This document shows positions 1-11,934 of a stretch of DNA of 64,000 bases, one piece after another; position 1 is the first letter of the stretch; each line of letters starts with the position of its first letter. The notes below the pieces were generated by a model. That model was not told the origin of the DNA, searched no databases, and saw nothing but the letters and a program-made list of their open reading frames with translations. The stretch lies in NCBI GenBank assembly GCA_964016885.1, contig OZ024745.1:127286001-127350000 (forward strand). Reading direction: 5' to 3'. This DNA comes from Eledone cirrhosa (Eukaryota). The position numbers were made by a program, and so were the translations under genes.

Positions 1-420
1 TTATTTGACATTTTTTAAAGGTTCTTACCCTTTCTGCTGTTTAAGAATTCTCAGATGATATTTTTTAAAAAGGTTATGACCCTTTCTGCTGTTTAAGAAT
101 TCTCAGATGACATTTTTTAAAAAGGTTATGACCCTTTCTGTTGTTTGAGAATTCTCAAATGACATTTTTTAAAAAGGTTATGACCCTTTCTGTTGTTTGA
201 GAATTCTCAGATGACATTTTTAAAAAAGGTTATGACCCTTTCTGTTGTTTAAGAATTCCCAGTTGATATTTTTTAAAGGTTCTTACGCTTTCTGTTGTTT
301 GAGAATTCTCAGATGACATTTTTTAAAGGTTCTTACCCTTTCTGTTATTTGAGAATTCTCAGATGACATTTTTAAAGGTTCTTACTCTTTCTGTTGTTTG
401 TGAATTGTCAGCTGACATAT
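1..420. repeat. AT-rich tandem repeat, ~58-62 bp unit, ~7 copies (continues left of window)
   Basis: Recurrent TTCTCAGATGACATTTTT-AAAGGTT-ACCCTTTCTGTTGTTTGAGAA unit. Confidence 0.9.
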
Positions 421-1692
421 TTTGGGAGCTTCTAAATCTTGGATAAGGTATGAACTTCACAATCCTTCCTTCCATCTTTGATAAAATGGAGCCTATATTA
501 CTCTCTTTTAGAAGTCTTATATGGCCAATATTAATGCTGAAACTCTATATATGGTTGTATCATGTTCCAAATATGGAAATAACAGACATTGTTTAAACAG
601 GATACATACTCTTAACATGTACATATATTCTCACACACTTAACAAGCCTATATATATATACACACATGTATACATACTCTGTGTATATATCCACACACAC
701 ACTGACTTTGAATGAACATTTATACATACACACATGTTTAACATGTTTATTCACACACTTAACGTGTTTATTCACACACTCCTTAATAAGTGCATATACA
801 CATAGATTCTCTCAACCTACACATATACACACACACACTTAACTTGCCCATATGTACACATACACAAACTCTTAAAATGCCCATACACATGTATATACAC
901 ACACACACTCTAGGCACTTATAATATACGTGCCCAGAGCATGAAAGAATGTGTGTATATATACATGTATATATGTTATATACATAACATACTCTTATTAT
1001 ACACACAGACACTCAACTGTAATATAGATTAGATAAACTAAGGTTATTATAGATTTCTTAGAATTTCTTAGAATTTTATTTTTGCAAGTATGGTACTTTT
1101 TTTTGCTGACATATTTGAATTAGCTTTTTCTTCTATATATAGATGTGATTCTGTCACAACACGAGAAAGGAGTAGTTTGACTACCTCATACTACTCCTCT
1201 TTCTTTACGTCTGCTGGCTGCGTGAATGTATGTGTGTGTGTAAAAGGAAGGAAGGGGATGGTGACAAAAACTGTGCTGTGTGTGGGTGTATTTGTATGTG
1301 TGTTTTGTGTATTTGTCTGTGTGTGTTTGTGTATTTTTGCAAGTGTGTCTGCGTTTGCGTATTTATATTTATATACTCATACATATAAATGTATGCACAT
1401 ACACATATGCACATACACATATGCATCGGTGTATGGAAAAAAATTCTAGTTATTTTAAAATTCTGCCATGTATTTTCTATTATTTAGTTTTTCTTTTAAG
1501 ATTTTCCTGAATTTTACTCTAGAAAGAAAATACAGAGTGCAGCAGAAAAACCTCCATTATTTTACAGTCAATTCTTAAAATTTGCCACACCCTGTACATG
1601 GAAGATTTTGTAGAGTTTTCAGTTTTCAGTTTGATGAAGTTAATTATTATGTGTTTGTATGTATGTATGCATTGCTGTTACATTTCCAGACA

Positions 1693-2090
1693 GCAAAGGT
1701 CCTCCTATGGTGTTGACATGCAGCATCTGTGCAAGGCTCTGCCTCAGCAAAGCTGGACTCAAAAGTAATCTTTGCAGTCATAAAGTGAGACTAGTGGTTG
1801 ACTAGCAGGCTGCTGTTGGAAATGCTACTCATCATACCTGTCAAGCATGTGGAAAAGAGTGTAGATCAGCAGGAGGGCTCAAGCAGCATGCAAAAGTACA
1901 TGAAATCTAACCACAGCCAGCTATTGCCAGTGAATGGTTTGGTTGCCAACTCTGTGCAAGACATTTTAAATCATTGGCTGGGTTAAAAAGCCACATTCGA
2001 TCGCAGCACTGTTAATTATAAATACATATGTGTGTTCTTTTTTTTTCCCCTGTGAATGGCCATACTCGATAAAGAAGAGCAGCCATCATG
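1693..2090 (+). pseudogene. Decayed triple C2H2 zinc-finger coding remnant, probably the 3' end of an RTE-type LINE
   Basis: Manual translation: LTCSICARLCLSKAGLKSNLCSH..*..TCQACGKECRSAGGLKQHAKVHEI*..GCQLCARHFKSLAGLKSHIRSQHC*. Two internal stops, no TGEKP linkers. Confidence 0.7.
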
Positions 2091-2530
2091 AATGTATGTA
2101 TGTATATGTATGTATGCATGTATGTATGAGTGAATATGTATATGTATCTTTGTGTGTATCTGTGTAAATTAAAATCTTCCAACATAATTTTATATAAGAA
2201 CCTCACATTTAGTTACTAACCATGCCAAAACCAGTTCTGGTTCTATGAAATAAAACCACTCATTTTAAAGGTTTCCAATTTAAATTAAAATGTTCCATCA
2301 TAATTCTATATAAGAACCTTATATTAAGTTACTATCTTACCAACCCCAACCAAAAACCAGCTCTGGTTCTATGAAATAAAACCACCCATTTTAAAGAGTT
2401 CCTATTTATATTAAAATCTTCCAACATAATTCTATATAGAAATCTTACATTAAGTTATCTTACCAACCCAGCCAAAACCAGCTCTGGTTCTATGAAACAA
2501 AGCCACACATTTTAAAGGTTTCTCATTCAA

Positions 2531-2751
2531 CCCTTTAGTATTTACATTACTCTATATTTACTATTGTATTTTCGTGGTAAAGGCTTTATCTCACATAATT
2601 ATCTGACAAAATATTGAACCTATGAGATTTTGATATCCTTTATTTTGAAAACAATACTTTAACATCAGTATGAGTGGTTGGTTACAGCCAGTTTGAACAG
2701 AGATCGATGAAGGAATTCTGGCTGGATATGGCTGGTTTAAATGCTAAAGGG
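2531..2751 (+). mobile_element. piggyBac-like MITE (family A), nested in another TTAA-ended element (~2160-2908)
   Basis: Termini CCCTTTAG(T/C)ATTTA...TAAATGCTAAAGGG; TTAA on the right, TCAA on the left. Confidence 0.75.
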
Positions 2752-3439
2752 TTAAATAAAAATCTTCCAACATTTTATATAAGTACCTTACATTAAGTTT
2801 AAGTATCTTAGTAATGAAATAATTAATAATCTAAGTAAATCCCTCAAAATTCTTTAGCGATTGATTAAAATAAAGTATTTAATTAGAAATGGGGTCATGA
2901 AAGGGTTAAAGTATATATTTTTAATATCTACTTATTTCGAATTACTACAGACTAAATATTGGACTTTTTCTTGTTTAAATTTAAAAATAACTTCCATTTC
3001 ATGTTGGCTTTTCTCTGAAGTATATGAAACTGTTAGTTACAGCAGTACCTTTTTTAAAAAATTACTCAGTAATAAATGTCCTTAACCTGTTGACTGCCAT
3101 GTATATTTTACACAGCTACAGTAAAATGACTATTTTTTTCAACAAACATTTATTAACAACACATATTTGAATGATTGACAAATGTCACATCAATAAACTA
3201 GTAACCCCATCTAGCTTTGAAGTTATGAACTGTTGGAAAAGAGTTCAAACATGTTAGGACGAGTTATCTCATTTATGACACTGAAGAGGTTAAATAGAAG
3301 TACAGACATATAATCAATTAATTATTGCTAGAAACCTTATAAATATAATACACAAAAATATATAATCAAAGCGAGAAAAAAGAAGAAGAAAAAACATCAA
3401 TTCAACACTGTGTCAATTGTTCACACACCACAAGGGTCA

Positions 3440-3660
3440 TTGGAAATTTTTGAGGCAAGCCAACATGTTCACAGCATTGCTGTAGGTGATGGTGAAGTGA
3501 AAGCAGTGAAATACCCTTGCACCCCCACAGGCATCACCTGACACCTTGATAAGGTGAGCTGCTAATGATGACAAGAACTTTATGGCCCAGCTGCCCACAA
3601 ATGTCTTGAATGCTACAGCACAGGCTGGAAGACATCATTTACTGATATGTCCCAGTACCT
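3440..3660 (-). mobile_element. Degenerate C-terminal fragment of a CRE/NeSL-type (restriction-like endonuclease) non-LTR element
   Basis: Minus-strand translation LAAHLIKVSGDACGGARVFHCFHFTITYSNAVNMLAC aligns by eye with the 55600-56010 fragment. Confidence 0.5.
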
Positions 3661-4065
3661 TAGAATTTTATTCTGCTAGAATTTTTTCCATACACTGATG
3701 CATATGTGTATATGTGTGTGTGCATGTGTATGTGTGCATATGCATACATTTATATGTATGAGTATATAAATATAAACGTGTAAACACAGACACACTTCTC
3801 CTTCCTTGCTTTTACACACACATACATTCACGCAGGCAACACACGTAAAGAGAGAGGAGTAGTAGGAGTTATCTCATCTGTGGCACTGGAATACAAACAT
3901 GTTAGGATGACTTAGCTTGTCTACAACACTGAAGAGGTTAAATACATATCTTATTTTTAATCTATGAATTACCAGTATTAAGTTTTTTTAATCATTTATC
4001 TACAATTATTTACGAGATTGAAAGCTTGCATGTTTTATTAATAGTGATTCCACTACTTATCAACT

Positions 4066-4230
4066 ATAATTGTTTCTACTTTTGGCACAAGGCCAGCAAT
4101 TACCCCAGTACATTACTGGTACTTTATTTTATCGACCCCGTAAGGATGAAAGGCAAAGTTAACCTCGGCAGGGTTTTAACTCAGACCGTAAAGGGACGTA
4201 ACTGTGCTGGAAAGTGTGGTGTCTGACGCT
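4066..4230 (-). mobile_element. tRNA-derived SINE, family 2 (central domain GCCTTTCATCCTTxCGGGGTCGATAAAATAAAGTACCAG, Meta/MESC-like)
   Basis: Multi-copy. Other copies at 4333-4552(+), 27362-27583(-), 41070-41260(+), 48560-48737(+), 52295-52480(-), 52540-52690(-), 57700-57890(-). Confidence 0.75.
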
Positions 4231-4332
4231 CAGTGAAAGTGTGTATATTTATTTATATATTTGTCTGTACTCACTGAAAGAGAGATGACTGAGGAAGGAA
4301 GGGGGTGGTGACAAACTATAGAAAACAGCAAC

Positions 4333-4552
4333 CAGCGGTGGATTGGCAGTATCGGTAGAGTGTCGGGCAACATGCTTTGTAGCATAGAGTTATGGCTGTT
4401 TAACTTCTGAGTTCTAATTTCGCTGAGGTTAGCTTTTCCTTTCATCCTTACGGGGCCGATAAGATAAAGCACCAGTAATGCACTGGGGTTAACACAATCG
4501 ACTTCCTCTCCCCCAAAATTGTTGGCCTTGTGCTTAAATCAGAAACCATTAT
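4333..4552 (+). mobile_element. tRNA-derived SINE, family 2, near full length
   Basis: Head with A-box-like TGGCAGTATCGG and B-box-like GAGTTCTAATT, conserved central domain, ATT tail. Confidence 0.75.
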
Positions 4553-5224
4553 TGTATGAGTGTGTGTGTGTGAGTATATGAGTGTTTGTGTGAATATATT
4601 AATACTTGTGTGTGTGTATGCGTGTTTATATTTATACACTCATACATATAAATGTATACATATGAACACCAAGATATTGTCTTGGTTATCTATGTTAGTT
4701 GCGGATAGTTTCTTCACAAAAGCTTTTGTAATAAAAGAATTATTAAACTAAAAACTTGGTTTTGTACCCTTTTTATATATAAAATATTACAATTAGCCAT
4801 CATTTATGATGGCACGGTGCCAGCTAGTTTCATTAATAAAAACTAGAGTTAGCTTATAGTTTCATGGCAAACTAGTAGTTACAAGGAGAGAAAGAGAAAT
4901 TGTTGTAAGTAGGATTGAAACCAGATTAAATTATGTTAGGTTATGTTATGTAATAGCTGTTTTATATAATATAGTTATTTCTTTGCTTTATATGTAATCT
5001 AAGTTAATGAACTTTTCATAAATGGGAGAATTTACCCTCACTCTTAATACTTAGTTGTTTACAAAAATAAATGATAGTCAGTCATGGTTTCAGTTAACTA
5101 TTTTGGGTTTTAATGGTAGATATATTAAATCTAAAATGCCTGTAGCCTATATATTTTATATTATTAAATTAGTTAGCTAGTGAAGATACACACATGCACA
5201 CACACACACACACATGCACACACA

Positions 5225-5417
5225 CATTATATTAAAGATAAATAGTGAGTCTTGTTACTCTGGAGTTTTGTCTGTTTATCACAGCATCATCTGATGACCC
5301 TGTAATAAACAGGCAACACTCCAGAGTTACAAGACTCACTATTTAGCCTTAATAAAATGGATGTTAAAACTCTACTTCTGTATTGAGTACGCTTTTTCTC
5401 TCAACCGTCAACCACAT
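5225..5417. mobile_element. Palindromic mini-element with decayed hammerhead motif (Penelope-like pseudo-LTR derivative)
   Basis: Imperfect palindrome 5225-5359 centred beside CTGATGA (5291), with stem II CCTGT/ACAGG and a mutated GAAA. AATAAA and tail follow. Second copy at 43933-44118. Confidence 0.65.
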
Positions 5418-5589
5418 ACAGAGATAAGTGTGTGAATATATATATATGTATGTATGGATGTATGTATATGGATGTATGTATGTATGTATATGTATGTATA
5501 TATGTATGTATATGTATGTATGTATATGTATATATGTATGTATGTATATGTATGTATGTATATGTATGTATGTATATGTATATATGTAT

Positions 5590-6465
5590 CATCATCAGCA
5601 TCGTTTAACGTCTATCTTCCACGCTAGCATAGGTTAGACAGGAATTGTCCCACTTGAGGCAAGATTGGTTGGGTGACCGTGTCTCACTTGTTTAGGACTA
5701 TCTGGCAAGTTTTCTATGGCTGGACACCCTTCCTAACACCAACCACATTTACAGTGTGGACTGGGAGCTTTTTACCGTGTTACCTACACGGCTACATTAC
5801 AGCGTGGACTGTGTTTTTTTTTTGTCGTGACACCTACATGACCTCATTAGTTTGGACTGGATGTTGTGGTACCAACATAACTTTACAGAGAAAGGGTGGT
5901 GTTGGTGGGAGTGGGAGGATGGAGTAGGGGTAGTGGGTTGGGGGTGTATATTTGGTTAAGAGGTGCCTACTGACTGTAGGTTTCACTTTGTACATAGGCA
6001 AGGCGGGTCTTCTGTATTACTGTGTGGCACCAAAGATCTCAGTCCAGTGACATTGTCTTAGAGAGGTGTAAGTGTGTAAGGTTGGAATTCATCAAATCGT
6101 CCCAGGTTTTTCTGGGTCTGCCTACTCTGTAACTGCCGTCAAATTTGATCGCCTTGTACTTTTTTATACAACTGTCGTCTTTCATGCGCATCACGTGGCC
6201 ATACCAATGTAGTCTTCTCTCAAGTAAACAGCATCTGATCCCTCTTATTCCTAATTTCTCACTGAGTTCATTTATGTTTTGCCGTTCACGTATATTACTA
6301 TTACATATCCAACGGAGCATGCAGGCTTCGTTCCTTTCCAGTCTGTGCAGGTCTTCTGCACACAATGCCCATGTCTCACTGCCATGTAGTATTGATGTTC
6401 ATATACAGGAATCATACAGTCTGCCTTTCATTTTTAGAGAGAAACCTTTTGTGGCCAACAGCGGT
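5590..6465 (-). mobile_element. RTE LINE 3' region (decayed ORF2 end and 3' UTR)
   Basis: ORF 6039-6365 has LRWICN..RRLHWYGHVMRM..GRPRKTW, typical of the RTE C-terminus. (GAT)n tail. Confidence 0.8.
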
Positions 6466-6494
6466 ATGCTGTATATATATATATATATATATAT

Positions 6495-6836
6495 CATCAT
6501 CATCATCATCATATTTTACGTCCTTTTTCCCTGCTTGCAAGGGTGGGACGGGAACTGATTCTGGCTTGATTTCTACAGCTGGATGCCCTTCCTAACACCA
6601 ACCTCATTTACAGTGAGTGCTGGGTGCTTTTTTGCCGTGGCGCCTCCACGACCACTTTGCAGTGGAATGATATGGACCCCAGTCCCTATCATCTCATTTC
6701 TACAGCTGAGTAAACTGGAGCAATGTGAAATAAAGTGTCTTGCTCAAGGAAACAACACATCACCCGGTCTGAGAATTGAACTCACAACCTTTCGATTGCA
6801 AGGCCAATGCTCTAACTACTAAGCCATGTGCCTCCA
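6495..6836 (-). mobile_element. tRNA-derived CORE-type SINE (family 1) with RTE-derived tail
   Basis: Minus strand: A box TGGCTTAGTAG, B box GAGTTCAATTC, CORE-like CTTGAGCAAGACACTTTATTTCAC..CTCAGCTGTAGAAATG, (GAT)n tail. Near-identical copies at 20760-21052 and 37465-37882. Confidence 0.8.
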
Positions 6837-6845
6837 TATATATAT

Positions 6846-6969
6846 ATAGGAAATGAGACAGAAACCCGGTGTTCTGACTCTTTTCCTATTACCCACTCTA
6901 CTACCCTAAGTATTGAGTACTCTGGTGCGTTATGGTCCACCTGGTATCTTACCACACCTTCTTTGTTAT
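6846..6969 (+). mobile_element. Collapsed palindrome plus Penelope-like terminal tail
   Basis: AGGAAATGAGACAGAAAC..GTTCTGACTCTTTTCCT followed by ACCCACTCTACTACCCTAAGTATTGAGTAC tail shared with 16208 and 60076. Confidence 0.65.
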
Positions 6970-6970
6970 A

Positions 6971-7368
6971 TCTTCTATATATATAAAAGCGAGGATGTGT
7001 GTGTCTGTGAACAACTTTGGACAGCTAAGGCTTTTACAATTCCCAACCGAATTTGACCAAATTTTCTGTGCACGTTGCACCTGTCGTTAAGATGGTCACA
7101 TCACAAACATTTTTCAAATCGACCTACGTTGAGCAAAAAAAATCGACAGCAAAATTATTTTTTCTAAAGTGTCCTGTTCAGTGTTTTCCTTCATTATCAG
7201 CATAGTTTTATGTGTACAAAGATTGCACTAAATATTCGTTTGCATTAATTATTGAAGACTTCTGCTTATTTTGACAGGTTGGGGACAAATAATTTTCCTC
7301 TTTTACTTCCTAGCTGTATATTCTTAGCATAATTTCAAACCCCGGGCAATGCCGGGTAAATCTGCTAG
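6971..7368 (+). mobile_element. Non-autonomous Helitron
   Basis: A|TC start, subterminal hairpin CCCGGGCAATGCCGGG, CTAG|T end. Confidence 0.8.
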
Positions 7369-7629
7369 TATATATATAAATAAATTGGTTCTGCATGAGC
7401 AAGACATGGTCATCTGACCCAGACTTGCCTCAAATAGAACAACCTGTCTAACTCATGCTAACGTAGAAAATGGACATTAAATGGTGATGACGATATATAT
7501 GTGTGTGTGTGTGTTTTGTCTTAGGTGGAATACATTGTTTGCTTTTAAAACCTAGAGATTATCATAAGACATCAGTTTAATCTATGATGACATGGGTTGG
7601 ATTGGTCTACAACTTTTCATTTGTGTCAG

Positions 7630-7905
7630 CTCTGTGCCATCTCCCCTGTGGGATGACACTGCCATTTCCCCTGTTCCCCTGTGGGGCGACACTGTGCCAT
7701 CTCCCCCCTTGTGGCACTACACTGTGCCATCTCCCCTCTGTGGCACTACACTGTGCCATCTCCCCTGTGGGATGATACTGTGACATCTCCCTTGTGGGAC
7801 GACACTGCCATCTCTCCCCGTGAAACGGCACTGTGCCATCTCCCCCCGTGACATGACACTGTGCCATCTACCCCCTGTGGGACGACACTGTGCCATCTCC
7901 CCCCT
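7630..7905. repeat. GC-rich minisatellite, ~29-32 bp unit, ~9 copies
   Basis: Recurrent CACTGTGCCATCTCCCCTGTGG. Confidence 0.85.
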
Positions 7906-8795
7906 GTCAACTTTGCCTTCATCTTTCAAGGTCAATAAAAGAAGTACCAGTCTAGTACTGGGGTTGATTCTTCCTCTATATCTCTTTCTCCTTTCCTCTC
8001 TCTCAATTTCTATCTTTCTCTGGAAGAAATCTGCTGTACTCCGGCCTGGAGAGGGATGGGCTCTGCCAGGTCAGGCCTGGAGAGGGGTGGGCTCTGCCAG
8101 GCTTAAAATGCCTAAGAAACGCTGTATATTTATACGGCATCCCTACAACTCTAGGAGTTACGGGACCATACATACTTCATATCAGCGCAGCTATTACACT
8201 TACACACTGCTATCATCACCATCACCTTCATCACTACTATAATCTCCATCACCACTATAACCACCACCACCACCATCATCATCATTACCACCACCACCAT
8301 TTTTAATTAAAAGCCATAAAACTTCCAATCAAAATTCTACAAATAATAAATTGCATAATTAGAACAAAATTAAAATTTTCTGTGGCTTATTGTGTTTTTT
8401 TGTTTTAATAATTAAATAGAATATCTCTACTATATTCTGCCATCAATCTTAGCCTACACCATCCTAATTTTCTCATTTATATTACACTGAATGCTGTTTT
8501 AAAATCCTGTTTCTAAATTTCCTAACCATTCCCAATTATTTAGGTCATGGTAACTCTCTTAATTAATATCAAATGAATATTTCCTATTTTATTTTCATCT
8601 TCTTTCAATTTTTACTTGTTTCCAGTAGCTGGTGTATGTTTCTTGATTTAGTTTTTTGCATTACTCAGCTTTTTGTAACTATCTCTCCCACTCCAGGGTC
8701 AGATTAAGTAAGTCCTATCGATTCCGTAAGAAAATACCAACACTGGTTCCTCCACAACCCTTACATTGTCTAATTGGCAAGATATTAAAGACATA

Positions 8796-9162
8796 CTCTC
8801 GAGTCTCGAATAATCTCCCCGCTCCTGCTTATTAATTTTTCAGACACCACGCCTTTCCACCACCCCCACACTTATTAAATTTTGCTAATCTATCTCTGGC
8901 GAAATTTTATTTTAATGGTAGCATTCCTGTGACAATTAATTTTCTTTAGACATTAAAAAACATTATACATGACAAAAAATTATATTACTAGAAATCTCAT
9001 ACATTATAAAATAATAGGATGGGTTGGGGTCTCAGTATGTAAACTAAACAACTAATTCTGTTTTTTTTTTTTAATCAAGTGAGACAACCTAGAAAAATAA
9101 TCGATTTTCCACCCCATCCCCTACTTATTCTACACCACCCTCTATTATTTGGGACCCAAGAG
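8796..9162 (+). mobile_element. Tc1/mariner-like MITE (family B)
   Basis: Imperfect TIRs CTCTCGAGTCTCGAATAAT / ATTATTTGGGACCCAAGAG with TA flanks. Other copies at 30813-31223, 58868-59281, partial 54380-54615, reverse 18734-19955. Confidence 0.7.
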
Positions 9163-9249
9163 TAAGTAATGAATATAAAATTATAGATTTAAAAAAATCA
9201 GTTTTCTTACAGCTGATCTTCCAAACTACATCCTACAAACTATAATAAA

Positions 9250-9790
9250 TCATCATCATCATCATCATCACTTAACGTCCATCTTCCACGCTTGCATGGG
9301 TTTGGACAGGAATTTTCCCACTTGAGGCAAGATTGGTTGTCTTGCTCGTATAGGACTGTCTGGCAGGTTTACAGTGTGGACTGAGAGGTTTTTACCGTGT
9401 TACCTACACGGCCACATTACAGCATGGACTGTGTGTTTTTTTGTCATGACACCTATACGATCTCATTTATTTTGGACTGGATGTTGTGGTACCAACATAA
9501 CTTTACATCGAAAGGGGTGGTGTAGATGGGGTGGGGGTAGTGGGACGGGGGTGTATTTTTGTTAAGAGGTGCCTACTGACTGTAGGTTTCGCTTTGTACT
9601 TAGGCAAGGCGGGTCTTCTGTATTACTGTGTAGCACCAAACGGAAGGTGTCCACTATTTCTATAGAACCATCTATGCAATGGAATGAGCTAGTATTCCGT
9701 GGGCACTTGCTACTACTTATTGCACCTGAGCACCGGCCACATATAAAATCTGTATTCTTAGTTAGCTTACCTGTGATCCCACTACATCTT
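9250..9790 (-). mobile_element. RTE LINE 3' UTR plus ORF2 zinc-finger fragment
   Basis: Similar to 5590-6035. Translation ERCSGITGKLTKNTDFICGRC matches the finger of the 12-14 kb element. Confidence 0.7.
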
Positions 9791-9919
9791 TCATAAATAT
9801 AAACCATTTCTTTTTTCTATTTTTTTTTGTTTTAGCAGTTAGCAATATAAGCACATTATTGTGTTTCAAATGAAAGTTCATGTTGAAAATGTGTGGGTGA
9901 TTGAGTATATGTGTATATG

Positions 9920-10470
9920 TGTGACGTCTGAACGAGCATCTTCTGCCTCCGGTTCCTGGCCGACAGGATGGAGAATACATCGCGTTGGCGGATGGTGTGG
10001 GAGACATACTGGAGCAGCCACTCAACCTCACGGGGCTCGCACCTGCAGGCAGCCAACTCTGCTCTGATGGCAATGAGCAGGATTGTGGTACGGGGGCCAA
10101 GAATACCCGATGTCTCCACTGCTACAGGCTATACCACAAAGCTCGCAGGTCTCACACCTGCGGGCAGCCAAATCTGCCCCGATAAGTCTGTTGCGATGTG
10201 GTCCGGGTTCCAAGAACGCTGGAAGTCCTAACTGCCACAGGCTCTACCATAAATCTCATGGGGCTTACACCTGTGGGCAGCCAACTCTGCCCCAATAACA
10301 GTGAGTAGGGATGTGGTCCAGGGTCCAAGAACGCTGGAAGTCCCAACTGCTACAGGCTCAACCACAAACCTATTAGGGAGCAGCTGATACTTGGACAGTT
10401 TGCCCTCTTCAGCTTGGTGGGCAGCAAGGCATTGGCTGGTAGCCGAATGCACCATGTTGCCACTAGGCAT
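9920..10470 (-). mobile_element. CRE/NeSL-type non-LTR 3' fragment with an internal ~113-bp triplication
   Basis: Translation AEEGKLSKY..PVAVETSG.LGP..IGAELAA..PREVEWL.Q, an RLE C-terminus pattern. Related copy at 50370-50682(+). Confidence 0.6.
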
Positions 10471-11013
10471 TTAATGTTAAAATAGTCCAATCACCTAAGC
10501 TGTAAATAAATACCATAAAGTTTGTTGCCGTAAACAGCAGGAGCACTGTATAATTGCTAACTGTTTTCTTATCTTCCAATGCTTATTTAAATCTTACGAT
10601 GCATATTTTTAAAAGACATCATCATCCTTTTGTGCCTGCTTTTCCTTGCTTGCATAGGTTGGACACTAGCAGTAAATATATTGGATGTGAATTAAGACTT
10701 AGGTAGCATCCCAGCTAAGTATCCATTGAGTTTATAGGACTCACCAAAATCATATTATTTCTGCAATTCACACTTTTCTTAAAGAAATCAATAGCCTACT
10801 GTGTGCCTTTCTCACATATGTTATGCTTTTGTTATTTATTCTTTAGCCTTAGTATTCAGTTTCTCTTTGTTGAATCTCTTCATCATAAACAAGGTCATCT
10901 TTTCAGTTTTCTTAGTTCAGATTACAGTTATCTCAGATCTTATTTTAATCTTTTGAATCCAATTTATTCATTTATCTATTGATAAATTTTATGTATTTTT
11001 TTCTTTCATCCCA

Positions 11014-11190
11014 GTCATCATCATCAGTTACACCACCATCATCATCACTTACACCACCATCATCATCACTTACACCACCATCATCATCACTTACACCACC
11101 ATCATCATCACTTACACCACCATCATCATCACTTACACCACCATCATCATCACTTACACCACCATCATCATCACTTACACCACCATCATC
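11014..11190. repeat. 21-bp minisatellite (ACACCACCATCATCATCACTT) x~8
   Basis: Direct inspection. Confidence 0.9.
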
Positions 11191-11934
11191 CTTTTTACGT
11201 CTGGTTTTTCATGCTTGCATGGGTTGGAGATTTCTTTTCTAGCACAGTTTTCCTTCAGCTGTGGCATTCCTTCACTATTTCCTCTGTGAGGTTCAGTGTT
11301 TTGAGATTAGCTCTCACCATGTCTACCCAAGTTTTCCTTGATCTTCTACTGCAGTTTCAATCTGTTAGGAACTCCTGGCACTTCTTCACCTACCAATCTT
11401 TATCCACATGCATCATGTGTCTATACCAGCGCAGTCTTCTCTCAGCTCATCCATGCTTCACCATTCATGCACATTAACATCACATGCTCGCTTTTCTAAA
11501 TATATAATAATTCCCAGTGGCATCACACTAACTCTGTAAGTTCTCTTGCACTTACTTTCTCACTTAAGAGTGAGAAACTTTATGCCAGGCCACATTAAAC
11601 AGCCTTTGAAGCTCCCTGGGTAACTAAAGCCTACTCTACACTTTAGAGGTATTGGTTTTCTCAGTCATGGTGAAAGTGACCGATTGGGAAACATAGTGCC
11701 TAAAACAAACCCAACAACGTACCGAAAGGGCTCTACTTTAAATGCACAGGAGTGATGTAGACTTTGCAAGCCATGATGAAGGTTGTCTTATTAGGAAAGT
11801 TTTAACTTCTTATAAAAACAGGCAGAGTGGAAATTTTAGTCTAGGTATGATAGGATGCATCAAGACTTGCTGTAAAATGGTTGGTATCTAGCATAAAACC
11901 CATGCCCTTTCCAAGTCATAGAGATTGACACATA

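Noticed and set aside
420-453. AG|GTATGA donor as a candidate AUP1 first coding exon
   Set aside because: No AUP1-like N-terminus in the required phase and it sits at the end of a tandem repeat; the start exon was not identified
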